This document shows positions 37,953-56,439 of a stretch of 64,000 bases of DNA, piece by piece. The notes beneath the pieces are model-generated. The model saw only the letters and a program-made list of their open reading frames with translations. It was not told the origin of the DNA and searched no databases. The position numbers and the translations under genes are program-made. How positions within the stretch are numbered: the first letter of the stretch is position 1; every line of letters begins with the position of its first letter. This DNA comes from Octopus sinensis. Lineage: Eukaryota. The stretch spans positions 143,592,001 through 143,656,000 of the forward strand of contig NC_042998.1 of NCBI RefSeq assembly GCF_006345805.1, given 5' to 3'.

Positions 37953-38640
37953 CGAGAAGTCAAAAATTATCCACACTACCACACTTTCACCATAACATAT
38001 CTTTATTATTGTCACACTGTCTTCTGTGCATGCGTGCTTATAGTTGGTACTATTATAGTCACGTGAACGAAGTTTGAGTCTGGTCGCACCATTTTTCTTT
38101 CTGGCTTTACAGCGTAAGTATGACCGCTCCTCTAGCAATGTGCGCTAAAGAAGAACAAAGAAGAGTATTCCGATTTCTTTGGAAAAGGAGCGTACGATCA
38201 ACAATGTAGATACAGCGCTTTGCTGGCCAACAAACTGAAATCCAGCAATTCGCACCAAATTCCGAAGCCTATTGTGGAAGAAAGTTTTGTTGCTGCATGA
38301 CAATGTACGCCCACACACGGTCGTCCAGACCGTTGAAACCATTAACCAATTGGGTTTTGAGGTGCTGGAACGCCCTGTCTACAGCCCAGATCTCGTCCCT
38401 TCCGACTATCTTATCTTTGGACCGTTCAAAAATGGTTCACGAGGTCGTTGATTTTCTACGGACGAAGATGTGAAGGAAGCGGTGCATAAATGGTTGCACG
38501 ACCAACAGAAAAACCTTCTTGGAGGGAATACGCAAGCTTGTGGACCACTGAACCAACTGCATCGAAAAGGAAGAAGACTAATAGAAAAATGACGTACTCG
38601 TTTATACTCTACAAGAGTGCGTATAATTTTTGACTCTCTC
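37953..38640 (+). mobile_element. Internally deleted mariner
   Basis: TIRs cgagaagtcaaaaattatccacact / agtgcgtataatttttgactctc; LLHDNVRPH and YSPDLVPSDY. Confidence 0.85.
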
Positions 38641-38723
38641 TCTTCTATATATGCACTCTCACACACACACACACACATACATATATATATATACATACAT
38701 ACACTATATAATTATTATACACA

Positions 38724-39567
38724 CGAGATACATTCAGAAAATGTTGAGACTCTTTTTTGAGGAAAGGCAGTTATAACTGATCTAGATTATTATGATTTAA
38801 GGATATCAGTAATATACATCTAATAAACTGGTCCGCCAACTTTTGTTATTTTAGAATGAAGGAGAGAGCTGTACCAGCACTTCCAATACTCCCTACTAAA
38901 CACTGTTTGTCACCTAATTTTACAGAATGAAGTCGGGACTAGAACACAATTTGGAAGCTTGCTTCGCAATAAAATTTTGTGTTAAACTAGGTTTAAAACG
39001 GTACAGAAAATTATGAAATGCTTTAGGCTGCTTATGAATTAATATGTATGAGTCAAGCATCTATTTTTTTTTTGCCTGCACAAGAGGCCATGCAAAGTAT
39101 GTCCACCGGGAAGCCTATGATGATCCCCTTTTTCAACAGCAAAGGCTTCACCTACATCCACTGGGTTCTCCCTAGTCAGATGGTCAACAAAGAGTACTTT
39201 GTGAAAGTTTTGAGGGAGTTCAGGAAGAAATTTCGTCGCAAAAGTCCAGAGCAACAGCAGTAAGACAATGCACCAGTCCATAATTCCATCCTGGTAAGCA
39301 ACTACTTTACACAGATGGGCATCAAAACTGTCCCCCACCCTCCGTACAGTCCAGACTTTGCTCCTTATTCACCAGGATGGAGGATGTTTTGACAAGAGTT
39401 CAGAACATCTTCACTTTGGTTTACCACCATAGGCTCTTCACGATGTGTTTGGAATGCTACAACAACTTTATTGAAGCGAGAGGATTCTACTTTGAAGGAG
39501 ATTAGAGTTTTGTACTTCTAATAAAAGTATCTCCTGAAAAAGTGTCAAAACCTCTGCAATACAACTT
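38724..39567 (+). mobile_element. Decayed mariner (different family)
   Basis: MMIPFFNSKG..VNKEYFVKVLREFRKK..DNAPVH..HPPYSPDFAP; weak TIR match. Confidence 0.75.
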
Positions 39568-39827
39568 ATATATACATAGATATATACTATTTAAAATGAT
39601 GTATTCAAATAATCATTGTACACGTGTTTCAGTAATGTACTTATACTTTTATATAATTATTATACTTTATTTTATCAGCAATTGAAATCTAAATAATATC
39701 TAAAATAGAATAGTATTGCGTTTGTTATTACACGAGGAAGAATATTTGTTATAGTTAATTGTTTGCGGCTTCAAACACTTTGAAACATCTCTCTATATAT
39801 ATATGATATGATATATATATATATATA

Positions 39828-40402
39828 TTGGGTTGTCCAGAAAGTTCGTACTGATTTTTAAAGGAAAGAAAAAAGGTTAATAAATACTTGCCATTACCCA
39901 AGCTTTACCAGGTGCTCATGAACGATGGATTTTGATAGGTTGAGGCTTTCTGCCAATTCTCAGGTTGTGCAATGTGGGTCATTCTCAATTAAAGACTTGA
40001 TTTTGTCATCATCTGTAGTGGATAGTCTGCCTGATCGCTCTTTATCAATAAGGCTACAATCTCCGGCTCGGAACCTTGCGAACCACTTCCGTACAGTTCT
40101 TTCGGATAAAGAAACATCACCGTAAACTGCGCATATTTCTTTGGTTGTTTGTGAGGCAGTTTTCCCTTTACGGAAAAAGAAAAGTATCAAGTGCCGAAAA
40201 TGAACTTTATTATCTTCCATTTCAAAGGGTTACAGAATTAACACAGGTTATAGGAACATAAACCTTCTTCCACGAAAAGATAGCTTAAACTGTGCTCTAA
40301 ATGGAGGTGTAGTCAAATCCTATTTTATGGACTCAAACATGTTCTAAAGTAAGTCGAAATGTAAGCTACTATAAATCGGCACGAACTTTCCGGACAACCC
40401 AA
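39828..40402 (-). mobile_element. Mariner deletion derivative retaining only the paired DNA-binding domain
   Basis: TA-flanked ~30-bp TIRs ttgggttgtccagaaagttcgt / acgaactttccggacaacccaa; HFRHLILFFFRKG..SERTVRKWFARF..RSGR. Confidence 0.9.
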
Positions 40403-40427
40403 TATATATATATATATTGGGTCACCA

Positions 40428-40616
40428 TGATAGATCGTTAGCCACTACACACATTTTTTCTCTCCTTGTTTCTCTCCTTGTTTTTTCTGTGTCCCTTTCT
40501 GTGTAAGAGCGTCGGCTCGAACCGTAAAAGACTTTTCCTATTCCTGAGCGTTATACTAATACATCCGTTTGTTTTATACACCACCTGTCTTCGTCTTTTG
40601 TTTTTTCGTAAACTCT

Positions 40617-40620
<4 letters not shown>
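40428..40620 (+). mobile_element. Short repeat with a degenerate hammerhead-like motif (family also at 53250-53430, partial at 1062-1165)
   Basis: gatagatcgttagccacta...ctttctgtgtaagagcgtcggctcgaaccgtaaaagac...gtcttcgtcttttg followed by (TA)n. Confidence 0.65.
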
Positions 40621-40709
<89 letters not shown>

Positions 40710-41046
40710 TATATATATATATATATATATACATATATACATCATGATTTCGTTTAAGCATTGAGATACTACTAACCAGTTGTTAGAACTCAGTATACTT
40801 ATGCATGAGATGAACATAGAGTATGATATCAATTAATATCAAAGAACAGGAGTTAGGCTAGCACTTTTATTAGTTTACACCTGTTTCTGCTATAAGGAGT
40901 ATTGCACTCAGCGATGAGTACCTGTGCAGCAAATTATAGGTTCCTGGATCCATTTAAATTAATTTATACATTAACGAAATATAATACACACACACACACA
41001 CACACACATACACACACACACACACATACACACACACACACATACA

Positions 41047-41083
<37 letters not shown>

Positions 41084-41384
41084 GGCTTTAGGAGATGCGG
41101 GGGCCCAATTGGGAACAATTATGGTGGGCCCCAGGTTCCCAGTGAACTTCCCCGCTCACATCTCGGAGTTATTTTTTTCTTTCGTTTATATCCAGGTGCT
41201 ATTTTCAGGCGCATATCAGATGATCAAAATGGTGGCTGTTTTGTAGGTTTAATAACTGCTATTTCTAGTATACTAAACAGCCACGTTAAGGAAGGGCTAC
41301 CATTCAGTTTATTTAAAACAGAGTATAATGTGTGTGTGTATAGCGTGTGTATATATGATATATATAATACATATATATATATAT

Positions 41385-41418
<34 letters not shown>

Positions 41419-42223
41419 ATATATTAATAAAAGGAATTCCAACCTTGTCTGATTTTCACGTTTTATTTACAATCTTATAATGATATATTATAAGATAATA
41501 TATTATAATTGAATAAAATAAAATGAAATAGTAGAATGTTAAATGTTCATTCTGATTGAACTAGTGCTTTCATGCATTGAATTCTGCAATCTTCGGGTTC
41601 ATGTCGTAGTGTTGACAGTCATGCTTCACAATTTTTGACTGTAGCAGGATGATTGATTCTGTGCTATAAATACAGCTGGGTAGGCTGGTATATATATATA
41701 TATATATGTTGTCTTTTTGTTGTCTTTTTGTTCTAGTGACAACCCGAGCTTTCTTTATGTATCCTGAATGTCCTCCTCTTCCTACAACTAACTTGAATTC
41801 TTTACATTCCCTTACCCTAGTCCTTATAACTAAAGAAATTTTCTTACAGCAGTCAGTTGTAAGCAAAGTTTTGGTCAGTTAGCATCTGAACCACACGACC
41901 TCATGTTCCTAAAATTCATATCTACATATTTATCTGTATATTTACCTTCCCTAAGATGTTATTACTTGATTTGAAAACTTTTATATTATTGGAAAACCTA
42001 AATAAATTAGCTGAAGATTACTCGGCATATTAAATCTGCTGTAATATTTACAGCTTTTAATAAAATGTTGTAGTATGAAACAATAGTACTAAATTACCGG
42101 ATTCATTCTTGTTGCTTATTTTTGATTATAATCTCCCCGCATATTTTTATGGGTAACACCATACAAAATTCTGGTGCATCTAAATTAAGTACCATATTCA
42201 TTTGAATCTAAATTGTTGCTGAT

Positions 42224-42336
<113 letters not shown>

Positions 42337-42337
42337 T

Positions 42338-43580
42338 CAGGGGTTGGACGAAATAATGGAAACACCTAGCATCATAGCATCATAATTTTGAAATATCTAT
42401 AAAACCATCAAATGCTTGTTTATTTTTATGTTTTTTTTAATTTATTATTAGTGTTGCTTAATATGTTTTGCTAATATTGCTGTTTCTTTTCAGATATCAT
42501 GAGAAAAAGGTAATAAAAATGACAGATCTATCGGACTTTGAAAGAGGTCAAATTGTTGGTGCTCGTATGCCAGAATAACGAATAACGAATTCAGACGCTA
42601 GAATAACGAAAACAGCCGAAATGTTTGGTGTATCAAGAAGTACTGTCTCGAAAGTAATGAGAGAACAAGGAGAAAACTTCCTCGTCAAAACAAAACACCG
42701 GAAGAAAACTAAAACTAAAACTTTCTTACGCGAATTGTTAGAACGGATCACGAAAGTACAGCTCCCAAAATTACTGCAGGGCTTCATGATCACCTCGAGA
42801 ACCCAGTTTCCACGAAAACTGTTCGCTAGGAGCTGAACAAAGCCGGATTTCACGGGAGGGCAGCAATCAGAAAACCACTACTTTCAAAAACAAACGTTGC
42901 AAAGCGTTTAGAGTGGAATAAAAATCTACAGAATTGGTCCCTAGAGCATTGGAAGAGTGTTATTTTTTCGGACGAGTCATCCTTTACCTTATTTCCGACC
43001 ACCGACCGAGTATACGTGAGGAGACAGCCAAAAGAAGTATTTGACCCAGACTGCCTTCTCCCAACTGTTAAATATGGAGGAGGATCTGTGATGATCGTGG
43101 GGGGGGGCGTCATATCTTGGAAATCCGCCGACCCAATGGTTTCCCTTCATGGCAGAATTAATAGTCAAGAATATTTAAGCATTTTATCTGATCAAATTCA
43201 CCCTATGGTTGCGGAGGAAAACGCAATCTTTCAGAATGATAATGCACCAATTCACACAGCCAAAGTTGTTACTGAATGGCACGAGGAACATTCTAGTGAA
43301 GTTGAACATCTTATCTGGCTACCACAGTCCCTAGATCTCAATAGTATTGAACATTTAAGGTTTATTTTAGGAAAACAGTTAAGGAGTCGATATCCTCCAC
43401 CATCATCACCACAAGAACTGGAGACTGTTTTAGCTGAAGAATGGACAAAAATTCCTTTGGAAACAATTCAAACTTTGCACGAGTCCATACTTAGTAGAAT
43501 TCAAGCTGTAATCACTACCCCATATTAAAATAAATTTGTTTAAAATTTTAAGGTGTTTCCATTATTTTGTCCAACCTCTG
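42338..43580 (+). mobile_element. Near full-length Tc1 (DD34E) element, frameshifted
   Basis: TIRs caggggttggacgaaataatggaaacacct / aggtgtttccattattttgtccaacctctg-TA; DLSDFERGQIVG, FSDES, GGGSVM, DNAPIH, DLNSIE. Confidence 0.92.
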
Positions 43581-43585
43581 TATAT

Positions 43586-43687
<102 letters not shown>

Positions 43688-44394
43688 ATTATTAATATTA
43701 GGAAAGATATTTCCGCGTCCACAGGGGAGAGAAATTCAATTTAGTGGTACTAAAATGAATTACTCGCTGTATTATATACATATATATAGATAGATTTAAG
43801 AGACAGAACCATCTTCAAGCAACTCATTCTACGTTGAACGACATTATCTATGATAGAGATATATATAATTAATTTTTTTTTATCAAAATTAATATCTACA
43901 TTTCTTATTCTGAAACCTATATTAAATTATATAGACTACGCGCTTTTCATGACAATATCTATCGATATTGCTGAAATAGAAGTTCTCGAAATTCAATACC
44001 ATATCAATCCGACTATACTGCCAATCTTCAGGTCTGGATTATATAAAACTACTTTCCTTTTTACATCCAATATAAAGACATTGACAATCAAAATTATACG
44101 ACTAGAAATCGTCGAAATAATTTTTCCTTACTAAATAAGGAAAAAAAAATGAGGAATGTACGTGGGTGTGCGGTCGCGAATACTATGAATATTTTTACTC
44201 CCACACCTCACTTAGCGGTCATTCCAATAGCTCTTTTGTCTTAATAACGTTCAATCAAAGTAATTTCCATTTGTTTAACGGTCATTTTCATAGCATTTTT
44301 CCGATGGCCGGATAACTGAAGAGTTGGCGGCGTGGGTTTCCGCCCCGACATCCGAAACTCGGATTTTCATCATGGCTACCGAATAATTGTCACA

Positions 44395-44467
<73 letters not shown>

Positions 44468-44471
44468 CCTA

Positions 44472-44512
<41 letters not shown>

Positions 44513-44700
44513 TTATATAGTTATGTCATATTCTCCGTTTGTTGTCTACTTTTTATTTAATCCTGAAAGTATTATTTATGTAATGCACGCACTCCTTAAT
44601 TTTTTACCCTTGATATCTATTTACCTATCTATCTAGCTGTCTATCTATCTATCTATATATAAACCATTTAATGAACACAGCATAAAGAAATTAACTATTA

Positions 44701-44898
44701 ATAGTTTCTTGTTTTGGAGACACCGTTCAAGGCAGGTTTTTACAACATGCCTTGTGTCTCCAAATAATCTTGTGTATTCTATTTGCAAATTAGGACGCTG
44801 AGAGTAGGCCATTGTGCTCAGAGCCTTAGGATTGCTTGGAGAAACACTACGTGTTATAAAAATCTGCCTAGACCCGTGTCTCCAACACAAGAAACTAT
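44701..44898. mobile_element. MITE-like element with ~48-bp imperfect TIRs
   Basis: atagtttcttgttttggagacaccgttcaaggcagg vs the reverse complement of 44851-44898. Confidence 0.65.
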
Positions 44899-45439
44899 AA
44901 GTAGCTTGTAACTTTATACTGTGTACATGAAATGATATTTATCTCTCACTGAATGGAGTACTTTCCTTTTCTTCGCCTTACTGTAAACTAGATACATGTA
45001 TGTGTGTGTGTTGTGTGTGTGTGTGTGTGTGTGTGATGCATGTGTGTACGTGTGTGCGCGCGTGTGTGTGTGTATATTTCGAGCCTGTCTGAAGACGTGT
45101 TCGGTATGATTAAATGCTCTTTGTAAATTGCATTTACAAATCACATTTATAATATGACATCATCGATTAACGAACAAAGGAATATTTATGACAAATAAAA
45201 GAAAGAAATACGAAATTCATGCTTCACGTTTTTCCTCTCATAAAAGATGCGTTCTCCGTCTTCTGCATAGAACTGTATGGGATCTCGCAGCTGAGCGAGT
45301 TAAACATGATTACTATTAAGAGCCACAATCAAAACGGTTATTTTGTCCCGCACATTGCTTCCACTTATCTATCTATCTGTCTATCTATCTATCGATTGAT
45401 CGATTTTTCGATCTGTCAAAGTGTCTAACTGTTTGTCTG

Positions 45440-49500
<4,061 letters not shown>

Positions 49501-49957
49501 ATATATATTATTTATTCTCTGCTTCATATTTTAATTATTAGCTGGTTAAACATTCACCAGGTTTAGCTTCTTCATGCAATATAAAATTCAACATGGCTTA
49601 CACAATACGGTATTATTAAATTTTACTCTTTCGTCGAAAATAACGAAAATGGCATTATCATACGAGCTAGTAAAACCTTGTCCCTGATAGGGATTATTTA
49701 TGTGCAGAGAAGGGCGTTTATAATTAGTACTAGTTCCTTAATTCTTAGGGAAAGTAGCATGCTTATATATCATAGTGCTATGCCTGTGTAACGCTTACAC
49801 AAGGGCCACAAAAAGTAGATTTCTGGTGCAAACTTGATTCCCAATTTTATTTCCCAGTCATTTTCTTAGGTAATGTGAAGATGCGTAGTTAAGTGGTTAC
49901 GGTATTCGACTTAAAGTGATCGTAATGTCGTGAATAACTTCAATTTATGACTCTGAA

Positions 49958-50272
49958 CCTCGTGGTTAGGGCATTCAGCTCACGATCGTAAGGTTGTGAG
50001 TTCGATTCTCGGCGGTGCGTTGAGTCCTTGATCAAGACATTTTTTTTTCCACCTTTCTCCAGTCCGTCTAACTGGCAAAAACGAGTTGTATCTGTAATTC
50101 AAATTATCACATTCTGTGTCACATTGAATCTCCCTGAAAACTACCTGAAGGGTTACGTGTGTCTGTGGGGCGCTCAATCACATTCACGTTAATTTCACGA
50201 GCAGGCTGCTCCGTTGATCGGATCAACTGGAACCCTCATCGTCGTAACCGACAGAGTGCCAGTTAAAAGTGA
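49958..50272 (+). mobile_element. tRNA-derived SINE (fourth family)
   Basis: gtggttagggcattcagctcacgatcgtaaggttgtgagttcgattc (B-box GAGTTCGATTC); 3' ggatcaactggaaccctcatcgtcgtaaccgac; antisense piece at 55921-56010. Confidence 0.8.
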
Positions 50273-50356
50273 CCCTGAACCAGCTTGTATCGAAGCAGCC
50301 TCTTGCAAATCTTTCATCTACTTTTTGCTGCCTTTTGAATGATTGAACAAATACAA

Positions 50357-50694
50357 TCATTCTGCAGGATTAGCCACACAGAATCAGCATTTAATAGCAA
50401 CCCTGCGGGAGTTGCCGAGTACGATCCTGACATCCGGCTGGTGCCCTCCCATCAATGGGCGGCCCAGCCGGTGCATGGGGCGTGTGCGGCGGCTTTTCGT
50501 GGGGATGCAATTGGTAATAGTTGGATAAGTAGGCCGGGTGGGATATCAGAACGGTGCTTCTCATGATGCGCTCGAATGTGTATCCCACCTGAGAGACCTT
50601 GATCGTGGACGCCGAGGTGACTCCACGTGTCCAAGATGTAGAGTAGGGGCTGAGACTATATCACAATAAAGAATGTAGCCTGTTAGCGAAAGAG
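50357..50694 (+). mobile_element. L1/Tx1-like ORF2 C-terminal fragment between 27-bp direct repeats
   Basis: STCPRCRVGAETIS zinc-knuckle remnant; GC-rich island. Confidence 0.5.
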
Positions 50695-50919
50695 GCCTTT
50701 TGAATGATTGACCAAATACAAACAGTGTATACTATCCAAATATAAGTGCAGCCAACCGCAACACCCAAACGAGAATGGCTATGAAACATACATTTGCTAA
50801 TTGTTTCAGGTGCTTGTGTAATCGCCAACAGACATAGATACCCTTTCGATTTTCTCGATCCGATAGAATATCGAGGGAATGACAGCTGAAGAATGAAAAG
50901 GCTGCACCAACATTTGGCT

Positions 50920-51210
50920 GGCCCTCATTTCAGCTGAGTAACAACGGAAAATAAAGAGGCTGGTTCAAGGACACAACCTGCTCCCCGGGCCACGAATCGA
51001 ACCCACATGCCTTTCGTTCTTAACCCGGCAACACACCTAAGGTGTTGCGGCTAAAAGGAGAGAGGGCTGCAGCAGAAATAGACTGAGTGGACGGGTGCAA
51101 CGTGAAATGAAGTGTCTTGCTTAAGGACACAACGCACCTCCCGATTCAGGATTTGAACCCACAACTTTTATCATAGTGAGCCCAACACCATAACCATTAC
51201 ACCACACGCT
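50920..51210 (-). mobile_element. Two adjacent tRNA-SINE head fragments
   Basis: caaggacacaac...gaatcgaacccac and gtgtcttgcttaaggacacaac...gatttgaacccac. Confidence 0.7.
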
Positions 51211-51740
51211 TTCCCCCTTTCAGAACATTTGTTACATACAGAACACATATCTAACATTTCGAGTCAACAAGGTATCTTTTTGTGGTAGTTCGATCTGCCA
51301 GACGTAGCAGTCAAATCCCTCACAGTCCATATTATAGTATAAAATGAAGAATACGTTGGATATTGGTTAGCAGAAAAAGACTAGATGGCCTAAACAACAA
51401 CAACATAAACAGTTGTAGACGAAGCCACTGTTATAGTTTCGTCGAATAAAGTCTATTCTGTTAAATTTCCTGATTCTTCCTTCATTCAAGTCGCTTTCAT
51501 TAGCATTGTCAATCTTGAAATAAACTCTATTGGAAAAGAGGGTGGGTGACTGTAGACTTCATTTAAATTTTGGCATCACGCAACTCACTACTCAAAATTA
51601 TGTAAATGTCTACATTTCTAAAACCAAATCTGAGCGAGGACAAAAAGTATGTGTATCTGTGCGTGTTTGTGTGCACATGCGCGTACGTTTGTACACGCAT
51701 ACGCATATACACACATACAAACTATATACATACATACAGT

Positions 51741-51789
<49 letters not shown>

Positions 51790-51798
51790 TAGATAGAT

Positions 51799-51838
<40 letters not shown>

Positions 51839-51868
51839 GTAGATAGATAGATAGATAGATAGATAGAT

Positions 51869-51901
<33 letters not shown>

Positions 51902-51902
51902 G

Positions 51903-51970
<68 letters not shown>

Positions 51971-52348
51971 GGAAGTTTATAAATTAGCTACTAAAATGCA
52001 CGATATATAAGCATTAAGTTAGAACTCTAAACGTTTCATTCAGCTCCAAGATGGATGCCTAGGAAGAAAACTTGTGTCAGTGCAAAGATAATTCCATATT
52101 GCAAGTTTATATGTTATAATGACGGTAGATTACGGATAAATAGTTCAAAACAGAAGCGAAATCCTTTACTCACAAGATATTTGCTTATTAGTAAATAGTT
52201 TCACGCTATACGTATTCTTCTGTTTTGCACTTTATGTATGTTTGCATTATTTATAAATTCATTTGCTTCGAGATTCACATTTCCTAAAAACAAAACAAAA
52301 GAATTATTTCACGTTCTCTAAGTTTCAAAATCCTTTTGACGTCAAGTT

Positions 52349-52399
<51 letters not shown>

Positions 52400-52684
52400 T
52401 ATATATTATATATATATATTATATATATATTATATATATATATATATATAAAATATAATATACATATATATATATATACATACATACATACATAAATACA
52501 TACATACATACATACACATACACACACATATATAACTTACTTGGAGATAGATGTGGCATTCGATCACATACAAATAATATATATAGTATTTATACACACA
52601 TATGTGTACATGTCTACATATATATATGCATATATATATCTTATTTATATTACATTATATATATATAATATATATATATAATAT

Positions 52685-52746
<62 letters not shown>

Positions 52747-52759
52747 TATATATTTTTTG

Positions 52760-53430
52760 TTCAGTTTCCTTGTATCTCCACTGTTCTTTTTCTTTTGTTC
52801 CGAACTTTGACCCTCCATAAATCCTAAATTTTATTTCAGAATTTATGGGAGCTAATGTCTTTGAATGCTCGAAATGAGGAGTAGACAGCCAACAACCGAT
52901 GAAGGGTCCTTTTTCTGTGTTAACTTGTCTTGTTTTCCTTTTTTTCTCGTTCTTTACGTATTTCTTTCGTTTTTGTCCTGTAATTACTGTCCACATCTTG
53001 TATCTATCTCTTTATTGTGTATGTTATTTGCAACGTTGGTGACGTCGACCACTTCCCAGCACCCACACCATCATCCACACACCTACACATGCACACACAC
53101 ACAAGTCAACGTCACCTTCCCCCTTCCATACGCACATATACACTCTCACATACACAGGCACGCACACCTTCGTTTAGGATCACCACTACTTTATTATCTC
53201 CCCTTCTTCCTAGCTCTCTTGTGTGACCCCTCTGTCTGGCATTCACGATGATAGACCGCTAGCCACTAAAACTTTTTCTATTTTCTCTCCCTGTTTATTT
53301 CTTTGTTCCTTCCTGTCGAAGAGCGTAGGCTCGAAACGTAAAAGACTTTCCCGATCGTTAAACTAATGCATCTGCTTGTTGTTTACACACCCGTCTTCGT
53401 CTTTTGTTCCTTTGTAAATTCTCACTATAC
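52760..53430 (+). mobile_element. Composite Penelope-tail-like non-autonomous repeat ending in a hammerhead-like motif
   Basis: 52860-52960 resembles 36566-36700; 53250-53430 resembles 40428-40620. Confidence 0.5.
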
Positions 53431-53467
53431 ATACATACATACATACATACATACATACATACATACA

Positions 53468-53532
<65 letters not shown>

Positions 53533-54732
53533 AAAACTCGGAGTTTTATCATGGCTACCGAATAATTGTCACATATTACATTTACAGATAAATTCCTCTT
53601 TCATTCTTTTGCTGTCTTACCATTTTTATCAATATATATATATACATACATGCATACATACATACATACATGCATACATACATAATACATACATACATAC
53701 ATACACACATACATACATACATACATACATACATACATACATACATACACACATACATACATACATACATACATACATACATACATACATACATACATAC
53801 ATACATACATACAAGTTAATGCTAGGAGACTCTCGCGGGAGTAGTAAGTTGCTTTCAATTTAAAATTATATATGTGTGTATGTATACATATAAACATATA
53901 CATATATATATTGTGACAACTTATTCTTCAATACTGAGTGCTCATTTCTTATATCTGTATAGCTGCATGTATGTAAATATTTACTTGTGGCGTGTGTGTA
54001 TTTACGCATGAATACATGTATGTATACATCTATGTGAATACATGTATAATAGAGTTTAATACATTTATGTCTGAAAGTAATTTGCATAAGTGAAGTAAAA
54101 AAAATGATAAAAGAATATCTGGAAGGTTTCTATGGCATAGATTAAAATAATTAAAGTGAAGCACTGCATACCATATACAATAAATTAAGAATTTATTGTA
54201 TACATAAATTAAAAATTTATTTTATACAACCCCTTAATTATTCATAATTATGCTGTGGGCCAGTCTGAGTCATTTCTCATGTCTTTTTATTTTAATCATG
54301 CAAATAAATCTTGACTAAAGTATATACTAAGGCCATTTTGTTTCTACATGTAAAAATATAAACAGTTGATCTGCCGGCAAAGAAGCAGAGTTATGCAGAC
54401 AAAGTAGATAACCTAAGCTCATGTGTCTTGTTCCTTCCCTTATCTAAAAACAAAGATCAGATTCTCCTTTCCTTAGTGTGTAAGCCAATTCAAGAATTTA
54501 TTCGTAATTTGTTGAAATTATACTCCCTTTCCTTGAGAGTTTCTAACAATGTTAGTCAGGCTCTGGGGCACAGAAATCTAGAAATGCTTGGGTTGGATTC
54601 TTTCAAATAGAGAAGATCAGACGGATTTGTGTTCTCCGAATACAAACGATTAGAACATTGAAAATTTGAAAAACATTTCAGGAACTCGGCATTTACGGTC
54701 CCTGGGTGAAAAGATATACACAATCACACATA

Positions 54733-55876
54733 CATAGACATGACAGAGGTAATTGGACACCCTTATAACCATTAAAATTTACTTAAATTATTCATTCAAG
54801 TTCTTTATTAATTGTTATAATGTGAATATTTAATATTTTACATGCTATTTGCATTTTTCAATGCAAGGACCCTATTAGGCATGTTACTGATCAGATGACG
54901 AATATTCTCTTGCGAAATTTTTGGTCACGTTTCATGCAGTAATCTCAAAAAATTTGGGTTTGAAGAGCTTTCTTGTTCTTTTTATGAAGTGTCTTGTCCT
55001 TTATGCCCCAGAGGTGTTCAATAAGGTTCATATCTGGTGACTGGCTTGGCCATGGAAGCTTTTTAATGCCATTCTCTTCCTATCAATCTTGGGTCTTTTT
55101 AGTTGTATGACAAGGAGCCCCATCTTCCATAAACAAAGAGTATTTTTTTAATCATTTCACCACTTGAGAAGATTGGAAGGAGTCCTTTCTGCAATATGAA
55201 CATATATTTATCTCCAAATTGCTCTCGAGACTATCAATAGCTGTTTTATTGTTGGCTGCAATCTTTTCACATCAGATTCTTCATCACAGAGTCTCCAGGC
55301 CCACATTCAACCACTGTCAGAAAATACAGCAAATCTGGACTCATTGAAGAATATGACAGTGTCCCAAAATGCTAGTGACTTCTCCACCATCTCACTAGCC
55401 CAATCTTTTCTCCACTTGATTTTGGCTAGTCAAGGAAGTGGCTTCCTTCTTGCTGCGCTGCCAAAGTAACCAAGTTTATGGAAATACATGACAGCTGTTC
55501 TGGGACTGATACCAACTTGTTCTACTATGTCAGAGGCCTTGGTAACGAGGATTATCCTCCACACTTCTCTTAATAATGAGAAGAGTCCTGTCAGAGGGCC
55601 CTGGTCAACCTGGGCGATGTGATGTGGACTCCTTCCCCTGTCTGGTGAATTGCACAACCACTCTATTAACTGTAGAAAGCGGGATCCCAAGGTTTTCTGC
55701 GATTTTACGCTATATCCACCTTCAGATTGATCCACAATATGGCCTCTTTGAAAGTCAGATAGTTCCAAGGCTTCTTTTGTTCATGGTATGATTAAACAGT
55801 CACATATAGAACCTGAAGTAGAATAAACATAAGATGATGTTTTATGGGGTGTCCATTTACTTCTGTCATGTCTGTG
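54733..55876 (-). mobile_element. Decayed Tc1 element
   Basis: TIRs catagacatgacagaggtaattggacaccc / gggtgtccatttacttctgtcatgtctgtg; MELSDFQRGHIV, ARRKP, FMEDGAPCH, WPSQSPDMNLIE. Confidence 0.85.
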
Positions 55877-56439
55877 TGCATACAGAAGACATATGAAAGC
55901 TTACATATAATTATAACTGACATTCCGTCGATTACGATGACGAGTGTTCTAGTTAATCCAATCAAGGAACAGCCTGCTCTAGAAATTAACGTGCAAGTGG
56001 CTCAGTTTTCTTATAAGCTGTCTCCTATGAGTTGTATATTTATTTATTCCCAAATCCCGTACAGTCTCGTGTAGTTTCGCGTAATCTCATCCATGAGGGA
56101 AACGAGTGTCTACGTCCCACGTGGAAGGCTTGATCATTGTTAAGAAATTTTCTCTCAGCATGAAACTAATGGTAACATTGTTAAGTAGCAAATAAAGGAT
56201 ATTTGTCGATCAATGTGGTGTTGAGTACTAATTTTTATTCTTTGATATTAACGTATGTGTGTGTGTGTATAAATATATTAATATATATGTTTGTATATTC
56301 ATGTGTGTGTGTGTGACGTATGAGGGTTCTGAAATTTCTTGCCGAACAACCACACATGATTTGTTTATAGTGATCAAATGCTTGTGTACACATAAGCTCA
56401 CTCTCGTCAACTAATCCACATTACCTGTACAGGTGCACC

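Noticed and set aside
37407-38138. 243-aa ORF as a gene
   Set aside because: It is chimeric: antisense mariner sequence reads through (TA)n into a CR1 reverse transcriptase fragment.
43995-44040. CUGAAGA-UUGGC..GUCGG on the minus strand
   Set aside because: No GAAA after the putative stem II.
52533-52580. U1 snRNA-like start aacttacttgg (also at 62336)
   Set aside because: Similarity stops after ~11 nt; more likely fragments of a dispersed repeat.
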